Positions 1 to 12,487 of a stretch of DNA of 64,000 bases are shown piece by piece. Under the pieces are notes generated by a model. The model worked only from the letters and a program-made list of their open reading frames with translations. It was not told the DNA's origin and made no database searches. The DNA is taken from NCBI RefSeq assembly GCF_037042905.1, contig NC_087250.1, forward strand, positions 19,718,001 through 19,782,000. The letters run 5' to 3'. How positions within the stretch are numbered: position 1 is the stretch's first letter; every line of letters begins with the position of its first letter. The DNA is from Lytechinus pictus. Taxonomy: Eukaryota. The position numbers and the translations under genes were made by a program.

Positions 1-224
1 AACTACGTAGATTACGTCATTCTCTACCATCATGCAAATTTTCGTTGTGATCGTGCAATCCACGGCCGAGATCTTATAAGGGGGGGGGCAATAATACCCC
101 CCCCCCCCCCCCGGGAATGACAAGAATCAAAATACCCCGGTAGATTTAGGATTTAAAAAATTGTCAGTACGGTATATCATCGAGGATCTACATAGTCAGA
201 TAGTAGTACATGTAGATCTGGTAC

Positions 225-1540
225 CAGTGGCGTAGCTACGGGGGGGCCTGGGGGGCACGTGCCCCCCCTGAGATTTGGTGTGCCCCCCCAGAAAAAAATG
301 GCAGAGCAAAAAAAAATTTAAAAAGGGAGAAAGAAGAAAAGAAAAAAGGAAAAGAAGAAGAAAGACAGAAGAAAAAAAAGAAGAAGAAAATAAGAGGAGG
401 AAGACGAGTGAATGAAATAATGTAATTAAAAAACAAATCTCTTCATGTTACTATATAAAATTTTTGCTGGCGCTTCGCGCCAGAATTGCCTGTTCGATGA
501 GATTCATATCTTGCTCGATAGGCTGATATGGAGCAAATTTTGAAGTCAATATGCAACAAATATTTTAGCTCGGACATCAAGCTTTTATTATTATTTTTTT
601 CATTTACAAATTTAAGTGCTCTGTAAAATGTCCGTTTTATGGTCTACATATATCAGCATTTTAAGCTCAAGCTGCTTGGTCACATTGTTTGATTTGCGAA
701 GTTCATATTGTCTACGTGTATTCCATAATGTTCCATTAAACAAATGTATTCAGAATGCCCAGATTCTATAGGTCTAAATCTACAACACGCGCGATAGCCT
801 GCATGTTCTTTATTTAAAATGTACATGTACTTAAATTATCCAGTTTCACATCAGAATATCAATAATTGTCTGCTCACGCTTCACGATCGCATTATTAATG
901 ATACCCCATTGACTATATCCTATTTATGATTTACAAAATGTGAATAGAGTGTCCCGCTTTTAGGTCTAAAATCTCAATTTCTTCCTCTCGCGCTTCGCGC
1001 TCGCATCAATTTTTTAGTTACATACCTATCCCATTTATTAATACAAAAAGTGCTTAGAATGATCATTTTTTAGGTCGGAATGTAAAAAAAATTTGCTCGC
1101 GCTTCGCGCTCGCATTATTGAAATATATACCGTCTTCGTGGGTAACTGTAAGCAGTCCTTAACAGGTCCCTTTTCGATAATGCTAGAACAGTTGATAAAA
1201 ATTTCTGTTCGCGCTTGGCGTTCGCAGTACCCATCTAGTTACATACGAATCTTGTTCAGGATCACACATAACATCGCCCAGAAAATTAGATTAAAAATAC
1301 ATGAAAGTAAAAAAAAAAATCGCTCGCGCTTCGCGCTCGCACTTTTTATTAGGCTTATGAGATTATTTCATGTTTATGTCGTTTTATAAGAATAAAACTA
1401 AGAAGTGACTGATATAGGTGAAGATAATTTCGCGCCCCGTTCCCTATTGACGAAAGTCGGATCCGCCCTTGTGACACATACGCACACACCGGAAAAATGG
1501 TCGGTGCCCCCCCGGGAAAAAAATCCTAGCTACGCCACTG
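225..1540. mobile_element. Non-autonomous hAT-like element (CAGTGGCGTAGCTA termini) with internal GCGCTTCGCGCTCGC repeats
   Basis: TIR cagtggcgtagcta / tagctacgccactg; exact 8-bp TSD TCTGGTAC at 217-224 and 1541-1548; no ORF. Confidence 0.85.
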
Positions 1541-1679
1541 TCTGGTACAGTTACATATATAAACTAAACTTTGTGAAATCTTGAAATCTACACTGAAAAA
1601 TGTTCAAACTGAAGATCACCAACACAGATAAGAGCACGTGGGACAGTAACCCAGAGAGCTCCCGCCCGCGCAGCGGGCG

Positions 1680-2141
1680 GGAGCCCAGAAGCTCACAGTG
1701 TATTCTACCATTGCCACCGAACAAGGGTGATTTATGGTCTAAATATTTCTCCAAATGAATTGTGAAAACAAAAAGTGTACAATTACCACGATTATATGGA
1801 TGAAGGTCTAGCGAGTGGCAGATTCCTGACATCTGAGCACAGTCTGGAACCTCAAAAAAACCAAAAGTTCTCTCCTTCTACCCAGTCTCGATCGGCCGTT
1901 TTGTTACGATTTTTAACAAAAATGGCCGATCGAGACGGGGTAGAAGCAGAGAACTTTTCGTTTTTTTGAGGTTCCAGACTGTGCTCAGATGTCAGGAATC
2001 TGCCACTCGCTAGACCTTCATCCATATAATCGTGGTAATTGTACACTTTTTGTTTTCACAATTCATTTGGAGAAATATTTAGACCATAAATCACCCTTGT
2101 CCGGTGGCAATGGTAGAATACACTGTGAGCTTCTGGGCTCC
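1680..2141. repeat. Long near-perfect palindrome (foldback), arms ~225 bp, centre ~1910
   Basis: ggagcccagaagctcacagtg... mirrored by ...cactgtgagcttctgggctcc; ORF track shows mirror ORFs (1775+/2046-, 1832-/1989+). Confidence 0.9.
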
Positions 2142-5100
2142 GGCTCCCGCCCACGTACGTGCATAGCGCCAACTTAATGTGTTCCGCCATCTTGCTTGTT
2201 GGTTGCCGATAAAATGCGCATTTTCAGATTTTTTAACGCTCAGTTATTATCCATGACTGAAACATTGACCAATCAAAAACTAAGATTCTACAAGAAATAT
2301 GAATATTCATATACGAAAGTATAAACATAGATAATTCAGTTTTATGTGAAATTTAAACCCAATACTTCAAAATATGGTTAGTTTTATGTCTCTAAAATGA
2401 CCCTTAAAACCAGAATTTTATTAGTAAAAAATAAAGGTTTTCCCAAGTTGCCATGGTAACGCGGTCTGAGATATAAAAGCTTAGCAAACACTTCATTTCA
2501 GTGATCGAGGATGTATTTGTTTACGGTATACGTCTACATAAATTATAACATTTTTTTCCAGACCATGGATGAACTTTCAAAAAGAGACATTTTAGGCAAG
2601 TTTTTACGATTTCCGGCAATTTTCTGACACAGGCACTTTGAAGAGGTAATTTTTACAGAATTAGAAGAAGACATCATGGATTTTCCTAATTATCACGACG
2701 GATATGCAACTTACTTGTAAACAAATCAAACAAAGTCTATGATACATTTTCGATAATACAAAAAGAGACATTCAAGTCTCTGATTGAGAGCCGCAGATTG
2801 AACATTCGCACGGCGCAATGGTAGCGTTTTCGCCGAATTCGTCGGGGCGAAAACTCCAAGAGAGCCGTACCACTCACCAGTCCCGAACGCTGCGCTGTAT
2901 GTTTGATGATTTAACTGGTGCCATTTCGTGCTTATAAATTTGTTTTTTCTACAATGCCACTATCTCATTAAAATTGTTTGTCATGATAACATTGGAAATA
3001 TTATCGTTTAATGGCCCAAAGGATCGACTGTAATAAAAGATACTTTGAAATATTGTCAGAGAGTGATTAGTTAGGTGATGTTTATGGTCAGAATTTAGTC
3101 ATGGCTTCGGGTGAACTTACGCGAACGCGGTCACTTGCTCACGGGGCGAGTCGGCCTGGCCCTTTGGTGGAAGGCCGTTAGGCAACGTGCAGTGCAGCTA
3201 GAGCAGAGTTGGGGAGTTATAGGTATAAAAATGCTTTGAAATAAGTAATCTGCAAATATTTTTGTCTTATCCCTTTGGATTACTTAGATAAGAAATTCAA
3301 ATTCTCAAAGTTTAAATCAAATTTTAGACAGTGACAACAAAGAGTGGTGCTGTATGGGGGGGGGGGGGGTGGGGTCTTGCATGCCCCCAATTCACGAACA
3401 AGAAAAAAAAGGAAAAGGTAAGAGAATCTTGCGAAATTGTTCAATTGGATTTTTGTAACCAAAAGTCAAAATTATGCTTATGTCGCTTGCTTGCAACTAT
3501 ATATTTTATACATTTTGCCTGATACGCCATATCGTAGTACCCTCAATTATTTTCACTTGTTACGCCACTGACACGACTGATATAACATCTACTAGTTTAT
3601 GATAACATTATTTGGTTGCGGGATCAAAGCATCAGCTATATAGCTAAACATTTATACTTTATGCCTGTTCAACTTCCAATACAGGTTTAGGCCTGTATTT
3701 ATGAGATGTTAAGATCTATGGGTGCCTTTATTATTTTCATTTTCAATTAAAACAATTATTAATTATGTATTAATTTAGTATTAACCTCGATGATACATTT
3801 TATTGTATTAAATCGTACAATTTCTGTTGTATTAAGCCCCTTATTAAGCCCTTTTAAAAACATGCTCAGTAGCAGACCCCCCCCCCATATATAAAGACAA
3901 TAGAAGTGTATATAGAATTAATTGAACCCCCCCCCCTTATTGAGGACAAAATGAAAAAAAAATACTCAAAATAATCGACCGCCCCCCCCCCCCTTTGACG
4001 AGGCAGCTGTCGGTGGCCTGATGTCTTCATTGACTTCTTTTTGCTTGTAAAAATAATATTAAAGAAATAGGGGCTACTCTAAGTGTCCCCTGTGAAAATT
4101 GATTTGGATCTGCAAGTGCATGAGGCTGCGCCCCCTCCAACGTCATAGCTACCCCATATCTTTAGGTTCTAGCTCTCATATTTTTCAGCTCCCTGGTTTT
4201 TTGGAAGAAAAAAAAACGAGGCGAAAGAAAAGAGTGAAATAAATGAAATACGATTAATCAAAATTTGAGTTGTTTGAAAGAATTATACTTATCAGAGAAA
4301 CTAAATTAAATTCTACAACCATGAAGAATAACAGCAATCTTGATAAATTCTGTTTTTTTTTCAAAATCAGAACCAATCAACCTTTTTCTGATTATTCTGT
4401 CACTTTCCATATTTTGGAGAAAAAAATAAAAGTGTTCATTGACGCCCTGTACTGCATGATGAAACTGTATCCCCACTCGGCCCTCGTAACCCCCCCCCCC
4501 CTCTCTCTCCCTCTCCCCCTCCCCCACCACAATGCCCCTTGCTCATTTCTCTTATCTCACCTTGACCTTAATTAATTAATCTTAACTATTTGGCGGTACA
4601 GTCAAACGTGACTGGTCGCCATCATAGTTTCATCCCCAACAAACAAGGAACAAACAATAACAATTCTGTTTTTCGACCCAACATCATTCCTTTCAATACG
4701 CGTAAGGCTATACGTGGGCATGCACAAACAACGTGGGTTAACAAAAACTGACCCGCGTTTGGACTAAAATTGTGATTAAAATAAAAATGTTATAAATATG
4801 AAAAAAATATGTGTATAATGAAGGATATCTGATAAACGGAAAAACATCAATCGCTAATTCATAAAAATGCTGGAAAAGATTTGACAGAGGTTTTTAACAA
4901 CGGTAATCAAGGGGAATTAGTGTATGGGTGAATGGCGTTCGAGCTTTAGCCGGAGAGGGCGCGGGCCAAATCTGCCTGAATCTGGCAATATGGCGTCGTC
5001 CATTAAGCTGACGTTAGCCAGCGGCGACTGCACGTACGTGCGCCCGCTGCGCGGACGGGAGCTCTCTGGGTTAGTGGGACAGTTATTATTGCTCTGATTA

Positions 5101-5329
5101 ATGTCGGCCCGACGCTTGCCTTGGCTCGAGTTGACCCGAATCCTGTGCTTTTTTTGCTTATTTCGCAGCAATTACACAATTTCTTCCAGAATCCTTTGGC
5201 ACATACGGCATATTATTTATAAATATAGACAGACACTTTGGTGGTCATTTCATTGGATTCTGTACGAACTCATTTTGATATCGTTACCACAACTGGCATT
5301 TACCTAGTTAAAGTGTGCACTGTGTCTTT

Positions 5330-5760
5330 GCAGACTTGGGCCCTGAGCCCACCAGCGCAGCCTGTCCTATTCAGCATGCCGGCGCTCGGGGCAGCCACCC
5401 CGGCCGGGCAGTGTCAGTGCACGAAATCTAAAGCCAAAGGCAAGCCGCGCTCCGAAAAGAAAATCTTAGAAGATGGTTATCTAACTTACTGTTTGGTCTC
5501 CTGCGAATGCCTTCGAAGTCGTTATCCAAATCTGAACCTTGTTCTTAAAGTAGTAGAACTATTATTAACGGCCATCTTCGTCGCACTTAATTCTCGATCC
5601 AAAATTAGGCTGCAACGGCGAAAAACGAGGGCATTCCTTTTTCAAATTAAATGGTTGCGACTAGACTGCGCCAGTTGCATGCAGTGCAGCGCGCATGCGC
5701 AGGCTCGACGCCCGGCGGCGAATTAATTCTGCGGATCATGAATTTTTTATAGGGGGTGAG
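5330..5760 (-). promoter_or_regulatory. Putative promoter plus non-coding first exon module (inverted homologue of 8610-8657 + 10095-10500)
   Basis: NRF1-type palindrome GCGCATGCGC at 5691-5700, CpG-rich, GTAAGT donor on minus strand at 5484-5489; alignable to the copy near 10.1-10.5 kb. Confidence 0.5.
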
Positions 5761-6109
5761 CCCGGGGGGCGTGCATGGGGGGGGGGGGGGGTGAGCTAAC
5801 TAGATAGGGGGTTTGCATGACACCGGGGCATGACACCACTTGCGAAAAAAAAGTTTTAAAATAGATACAAACTTCTTTGACATATAAAGCTTCCTCTTGT
5901 TTGGTTTGGTTGGCAACCAGTTAAGAAATGATTATTTTTGCCACTGCTTTTGAAACTTTTTTTCTTTGAAGAATTATATACTTTACCTAAAATAAAAAAA
6001 TTCTGTACTATTTTTTTTAGTTTTACTTTTCCTTTTATAAGTAGAAATAGCCTTGCTAACATGGCAAGGTTGAAAAAATGGCAAAATAGTATGTGGCTTT
6101 GAAATTAAA

Positions 6110-6598
6110 CTTGTAAATTTCCTCGTCGTTGATTGGTAAAATTTGATGTCATAATCACGTCGTAATGTGGTCATATGAAAACGCAAATTTCTTTGTCGTT
6201 GTTTGCATGGTAAATAAATGATGTCATATCACGTCATAATGTGGTCATATAAAAATGCAAATTCATTTGTTGCAGATTGGTCGATAAATGACGTCGTAAT
6301 CACGTAATAATCTGGTCATATAAGAAAGCAAATTTACTTGTCGTAAATTGGTCAGTAAATGACGTCGTAATCACGTCATAATCTGGTCATATAAGCGAGC
6401 AAATTTACTTGTCGTAAATTGGTCAGTAAATGACGTCGAAATCACGTCATAATCTGGTCAAATAAAAATGCAAATGAAAGTTGCCATTCTAAGTCGTCAA
6501 AATGACGTCGTAAGAACGTCATAAATACGACGACATGACGAGTATTACCACTTTACGATCAGTTAATGACGTCATTACGACCGTGTCTGCTATCAGGG
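6110..6598 (-). mobile_element. Terminus of a CCC-ended (EnSpm/CACTA-like) element with ~62-bp subterminal GACGTC/CACGTC repeats
   Basis: Ends ...gtctgctatcaggg; repeated aaatgacgtcgtaatcacgtcataatctggtc units; other terminus not found in window. Confidence 0.55.
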
Positions 6599-6599
6599 A

Positions 6600-7410
6600 T
6601 ATTGCATTCAGTGTGGAGTTTCAGATCAGAATATCAAAAATTTTCTGCTCGCGCTTTGCGCTCACATTATTAATGTAAGAATATATCCAATTACCCATCA
6701 TTTTCTTGATTTTCAAAACATGAATAGAATGTCCCAATTATAGGTCTGAAATCTCAATTTTGTTTTCGCTCGCTCTTTGCGCTCGCATCAATTGTATAGT
6801 TATATACCTATCCTGTTCATGATTAGAAAAGTGCTTAAGATGTCCTGTTTTTAGGTCTGAAATCTCATTTTTAATTCCGCTCGCGCTTCGCGCTCGCATC
6901 AATTGTATATTTATATACCTATCCTGTTCTTGATTAGAAAAGTGCTTAGAATGTCTCGTTTTTTGGTCTGAAATCTCAATTTTGTTTCCGCTCGCGCTTC
7001 GCACTCGCATCTTATCCTGTTCATGATTGCAAAAAGTGCTTAGAATGTCCAGTATTTAGGTCGGAATGTCAATTTTTTCAGCTCGCGCTTCGCGCTCGCA
7101 TTATTTGATTGGTGATATATGAATCGTCTTAATGAGTAACTGCAAACATTCCTTATAACACTTCCCTTTCGATCAGACCAGAGCGTATATAAAAAATATC
7201 TGCTCGCACTGATCACGTTCGCAGTTATTATTTGTTACATACGCATCTTGTTCAGGACCACAAACATTGCTCAAAATATTCAATTTTTCAGGACAAAATA
7301 CATGATTTCCCCCCAAAAAAATAGCTCGCGTTTCGATCGCGCTCGACTTATCTCATTATATATCTATGTTCTTTTATAAGAAGAAAGCTAAGAAGTGACT
7401 GTCATATATT
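6600..7410. repeat. Partial copy of the GCGCTTCGCGCTCGC repeat family (as in 225-1540)
   Basis: Aligns by eye to ~845-1415 (cagaatatcaa...; ttttaggtctgaaatctc...; ataagaa..ctaagaagtgactg). Confidence 0.75.
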
Positions 7411-7743
7411 ATATGTATATATATATATATATGTGTGTGTGGGGGGAGGATTGGTTGGTGTGTGTGTGGTGCCCTTAGAGGTGTGTGTGTGTGTGTAATT
7501 ATGGAAAATTCAATTATTGTGTCCCCCCCACCTTTGAGGAGAGATTTCAGCACCCCTACTGAAAAAATCGTTCCCAGGTCCCTTACGAAAATGTCGTGTG
7601 GTATATCTGTGTGGTACCCGGCTTTACCACACGAATTACCACATGAATGTAGGTTACCACATGAACATCTGTGGTAATTTTCCATATCCTTGTGTGGTAA
7701 CGTCAGCTGGTGGCTGTGGTAATTTGTTGTCTATGTGGTACTT

Positions 7744-8570
7744 CTGTGGTAAATCAAAATTACCACATGAATGCATGTTACCTCATATGCCATTGTGTGG
7801 TAATGTAAATTCAAATATGTGGTATTTGTGTGGTATTGTTATATTTCTGTGGTAAATCAAAATTACCACATGAATGCATGTTACCTCATGATGCCATTGT
7901 GTGGTAATGTAAATTCAAATATGTGGTATTTGTGTGGTATTGTTATATTTCTTTGGTAAATCAAAATTACCACATGAATGCATGTTACCTCATGATGCCA
8001 TTGTGTGGTAATGTAAATTCAAATATGTGGTATGTGTGGTATTGTTATATTTCTGTGGTAAATCAAAATTACCACAGGAATGCATGTTACCTCATGATGC
8101 CATTGTGTGGTAATGTAAATTCAAATATGTGGTATTTGTGTATTGTATACTTCTGTGGTAAAACAAAATTACCACATGAATGCTTTACCTCATGATGCCA
8201 TTGTGTGGTAATGTAAATTCAAATATGTGGTATTTGTGTGGTATTTTTATACTGCTGTGGTAAATCAAAATTACCACATATGAAAGCATGTTTCCACATT
8301 AGCCCATTGTGTGGTAATGTAAATTCAAATATGTGGTATATTTGTGGTGTTATGCTCTGCGGTAAATCAAACTTACCGCATGAATGCAATACCACATGAT
8401 GCCATTGTGTGTCAATTCAAATATGTGGTATTTGTGTGGAATTATACTGCTGTGGTAAATCAAAATTACCACATGAAAGCATGTTACGTCATAGCCCATT
8501 GTGTAGTACTGTCAATTCAAATATGTGGTATTTGTGTGTTATTGCCCTTCTGTTGAAAATCAGAAATACC
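7744..8570. repeat. Tandem array, ~103-bp unit, about 8 copies, TGTGGT-rich (left subterminal repeat)
   Basis: ctgtggtaaatcaaaattaccacatgaatgcatg unit recurs at ~7744, 7847, 7951, 8053, 8153 and onward. Confidence 0.9.
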
Positions 8571-8657
8571 ACACAAAAAAAGTTTTCACACCCATAACTT
8601 AGACCCCCCTCAGCTCACCCCCTATCAAAATTAAAAATTGATTCGCCGGAGGGGGGG

Positions 8658-10094
8658 CAGGGTGACCAGACGTCCCGTATTTCCCGGGATTGTCCCGTAT
8701 TTTGCTTCTTTGTCCCGGCGTCCCGACAAACCCTTCCCGGGACGCCTATTTGTCCCGTATTTCAGAATATTGAACAAAATATATTTAAAAGTGACGAATT
8801 TTCATTAAAATAACCAACAGATGACGAAGCAGAGACAACAATAAAATCGATAAATAAACTTTTGCAAGGTGATTTTCTTGCTAACCCAATCGAACTGGCC
8901 TCCTGCCTTTGTGTGACAGGCTAGTACTAGCAAGGCATGTAGGATCGGAGCAGATTCTCTACACCAAACACAATGAAACATGCCAAAATAATCACAAAAT
9001 CGGCGGGAAATTTGTATAATTATATTATGGGTTCTCAGATTACTGATTTGGGGATGTAATCGGAGGAACAAGTTATTGAGTTTTCATAACTAGATCTAGT
9101 TGTTTCAACTTTCGTTTTGAGTCTTGTTCTATATAATGCCGCGATGTTTCATCTAATTTTTAAGTAAAAAAAGAATCACTTTGAAATTTTATTCATTTCT
9201 AAAACATTTTTTTAAAATATATTTTAAAAACACCAAATATCATTATGATTTTTGTTAGATGATTGGAATTTTTTGCTTGAAGTTTGAACTTTTCTATCCT
9301 TCTTTCTTCATCCTTCTATCCTTCCTGCTTGCCCGTTTTTGTTCCATCTATCTCTATTTCCTATTTGCCTTTCCTGATCCTTTCTCTCTCTCTGTGTTCA
9401 TTTTTTTTCCTCCCTTTTTCTTACCCGTCTTCTTTATCAAATTTCCTTTTTTTTATTTCCTCCATTCTTTCTTTCAACTTTTTTCTTCCCCTCCCTTCCT
9501 CTCCTTTTTATTTTAATTCTTTCTCTTCTTCCATTATGTTTTCACTCCTTCCTCACTTCATTCTTCCTCCCTCTCTTTCTTTCATTCTTTATTTCATTTT
9601 TCCTTATAATTCTTTCCCTTATTATTTCTCTCCCTCCCTTAATTCCTTCCTTCCCTCCTCCCTTACTGTTTCCTTCTTTCTTTGTTTCTTTCTTTCAAAG
9701 AATGAAGAAAACATTTTTCTTTCCTTCATTCTTTCTTTCCTCCTCCTTTTTCTTACTTTTTTTCTTTCTCTCCTTTATTTTGTCTTTCACACATGTATTC
9801 TTCTTCCATTTCTTTCTTTTTCTCTCTTTCTGTATTCAATTCAAAGAATGGCGGAAACTTTTTTTCTCTTTTTTATTCTAACTTTCTTTTATTCTTTTTT
9901 TATTTTTTCCTTCATTTTCCCCTTAATTTTTTTTCTTCTCTTTTCTTTCGCCTTTTCTTTCTTTCCTTCATTCTTTCGTTCACCCTCCCTTCCAATTTTT
10001 TTTAAGTTTTTTACAGGTGTAACACTGTGTAGCCTTCTTTGTTGATCTTTTTTCGATTGTCCCTTATTTCATTTTGTGAAATCTTGTCACCCTG
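8658..10094. mobile_element. hAT-like non-autonomous element (CAGGGTGAC termini) containing a CT-rich tract
   Basis: TIR cagggtgaccaga / tcttgtcaccctg; inserted in a poly-G run; removing it restores continuity with the 5330-5760 homologue. Confidence 0.7.
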
Positions 10095-10297
10095 GGGGGG
10101 GGGGGGGGGCGGCGACAGGCTTGCGCATGCGCACTTACCGCCAACATTTGAAAAGAATACCGTTTGCGTTGCGTTGCAGTTTATTGAGCTCGATCGAGAA
10201 GTGGGACGAAGAAGGCCGTTAATAATTCAACTACTTAAAGAATGCGGGTTAGATGTGGACGACTTCGAAGACATTTGCAGTAGGCTAAACAGTAAGT
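10095..10297 (+). promoter_or_regulatory. Putative promoter plus non-coding first exon inside the 10.8-kb element
   Basis: GCGCATGCGC at 10123-10132; donor CA|GTAAGT at 10292; both conserved in the inverted copy at 5.3-5.7 kb. Confidence 0.5.
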
Positions 10298-10472
10298 TAG
10301 ATAACCATTTTCTATGATTTTCTTTTCGTAGTTTGTTAAATGCCCCGGCTTGCAACTAGCTAAAGATTTCGTCAATGAAAATGACATGACACTGGCAATC
10401 CCATCCTGTCTAACCGGGCGCTCGCCCGGCCCCGAGCGCCTGCTCGCTGCTGTGATGTGGACCACTGGCTGG

Positions 10473-12487
10473 TGGTCTCAAGTCTGCACACAGTCACAGC
10501 ACACCTAAACGATTTGAGTTTAGATTTAACGTGAATTTCCTGTTATTTTACAAAATCTTTCAATTGATGATGTTCCTTGTATTCTTATGAGTAAGTGTGC
10601 AAAAAGTCTCATTAAAAATTAAGAGAAATAATTGATTTTCTTGGGAAAATATCTCGGCCAGTCATGGTCATTTACTTGCATTTTGATTGAACAAAATTAT
10701 TAAGTTAGTGCCGGTACTGGTACGGTAGCCCGACAGCAGATCAGAATGACATGAGAAATTGAGAATGAACGTTAAGAATATTACTTAGAAATTAGCGGGA
10801 AAATTACCACCCGGTATGTGGAACAATTCATTTTATTTTTATGATAAAAATTTCTTGATAACTATCGGGAAACGGTATCATGTAAAAATGAAAGGCTACG
10901 TCGGACCCGGGTCGCACCGCGGACAATTCAGTTTAACATGCATTGTAGCGTATAGCATGCATGTCCAGCTCAGCTAGGCGCGCTGGCAACGCAGGCTAGT
11001 GTGGCTGCTCAGCTCAGGCTTGGCTGGCTGGCTAGCCGGCTGGAAGTGGAAATGCGCCAGTTTCTATGCATGGATATTTTTCCGGTCATCAATAAGAAGA
11101 TCGTAGTTTGTTTGTTGCCGAAATGATTCTGAAACATCCTTTACTTTTGAGGATTGATGATGAATGATGCAACAATTATTTCCGATGACTTTTCCCCACT
11201 TTTTATGATTTTTTTTTGCCCGTGACGCATATAGAGCTTGTGGAATTTACGTATGTCGCATGCGACGCGTGTTCTACACTGGCGAGAACGTTGCTGGTAG
11301 GATGGGGGTCGGGTGTCCGGACAGTTTTATCTTTTTGAAGCCTTCCTTTTATCTTTGGATTACACTAAAAATATGAATTCAATACTTGTTATCATCTTCT
11401 ATTTTGTTCTTTATAATATTTCCTAATAATTTGTACTAAAAATTGATGGAACTTTGCTTTTTTTCCAAATGACTTTCTAAATGACACACAACCTGTCTGG
11501 ACACACAACAACTGGGTAATACTAATAGTGGCCGATGTCTGCGCACTTATTCACATGATGCGAAGATTTCGATAAGAAAGCACAGTCACAGAGGCTGCAT
11601 TTTGAGGACGTCACATGAAATGCCCTGGAAAGAATTCCATATGCAATTCCAATGTACCCCCCACCAACATGATAAAAAATAAGATTGTTGAGACTTAATT
11701 CCATTCCAGTTCGTTCACTTCAGATTTTTCTATAATTTTTTTACCCTTGTTTTGGCACCTTAGTTGGGACTTGAGATCACCTCGTTTTATTTGCAGTCAA
11801 GACCTGTTCCTGCTATGCTAGCAAGAAGTGCTGATGCCGGAAGGGGTATTTTAACGATTATCAGCCAATAGTTCGCCTAGACTTGACTCACAGACCCTTG
11901 AGTAAATAAACCGATGTCTATGGACAATTACACACACTAGATACATCCATACATGCTCGAAATTTGACGGAATAAAGCCATATTTTAGTATGTATTTCCA
12001 CTCCTAGTACTATCCACTACCCCATCATATATGTTCTATATTGTGCTAGATATATTATTCTGAACCTTCTTCATGTTTTTATTTTCAATTTTAGTGGGGT
12101 TGCATATGGAACTCTTGCCAATGCCCTAAATTCATTATTTTCCAACCATTTTAAGTCAGATTTTTTATGAATAGATCTGTTTATGACATTCCAGGAGAAA
12201 GAGAGGGAGACCCAAAACTACTTGTCCTGGCATCACATTTGAGGAGGAGATGAAGTCGGTGAATATGACCTAGCCCGGGGGAGTTTCCAGAAGACGGCCC
12301 AGAACCACTGGCCGCCAGGAGTGGAGGTCCTTTGTTGTTGCTCTACATGTCAGGAGGCATCGGGCAGTAGGTAAGACTAAGTACAGTAGGCTCTTTCAGG
12401 TGTAAAGTTTATTTTTTGTTTGGAGTCGTTGCGTATCTTCCATTATCAGAATCGCGCAGATTCGGATGTGCGCAATCTTAGGGCACC
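10473..12487. mobile_element. Longer, interrupted relative of the MITE at 37548-37990
   Basis: Three blocks (10510-10665, 11535-11628, 12427-12487) match the 37.5-38.0 kb element in the same order. Confidence 0.6.
12190..12385 (+). mobile_element. RTE-clade LINE 3' remnant
   Basis: Frameshifted translation RKRGRPKTT...FEEEMKSVNMT...KTAQN...WRSFVVALH, typical of RTE ORF C-termini. Confidence 0.65.

Noticed and set aside
5238..5726. 162-aa ORF with partial similarity to ORF 10235-10465
   Set aside because: Similarity reflects DNA homology of the promoter module; the frame is not preserved between copies
9259..10045. 253-aa and overlapping Phe/Ser/Leu-rich ORFs
   Set aside because: Translations of a CT-rich low-complexity tract within a transposon
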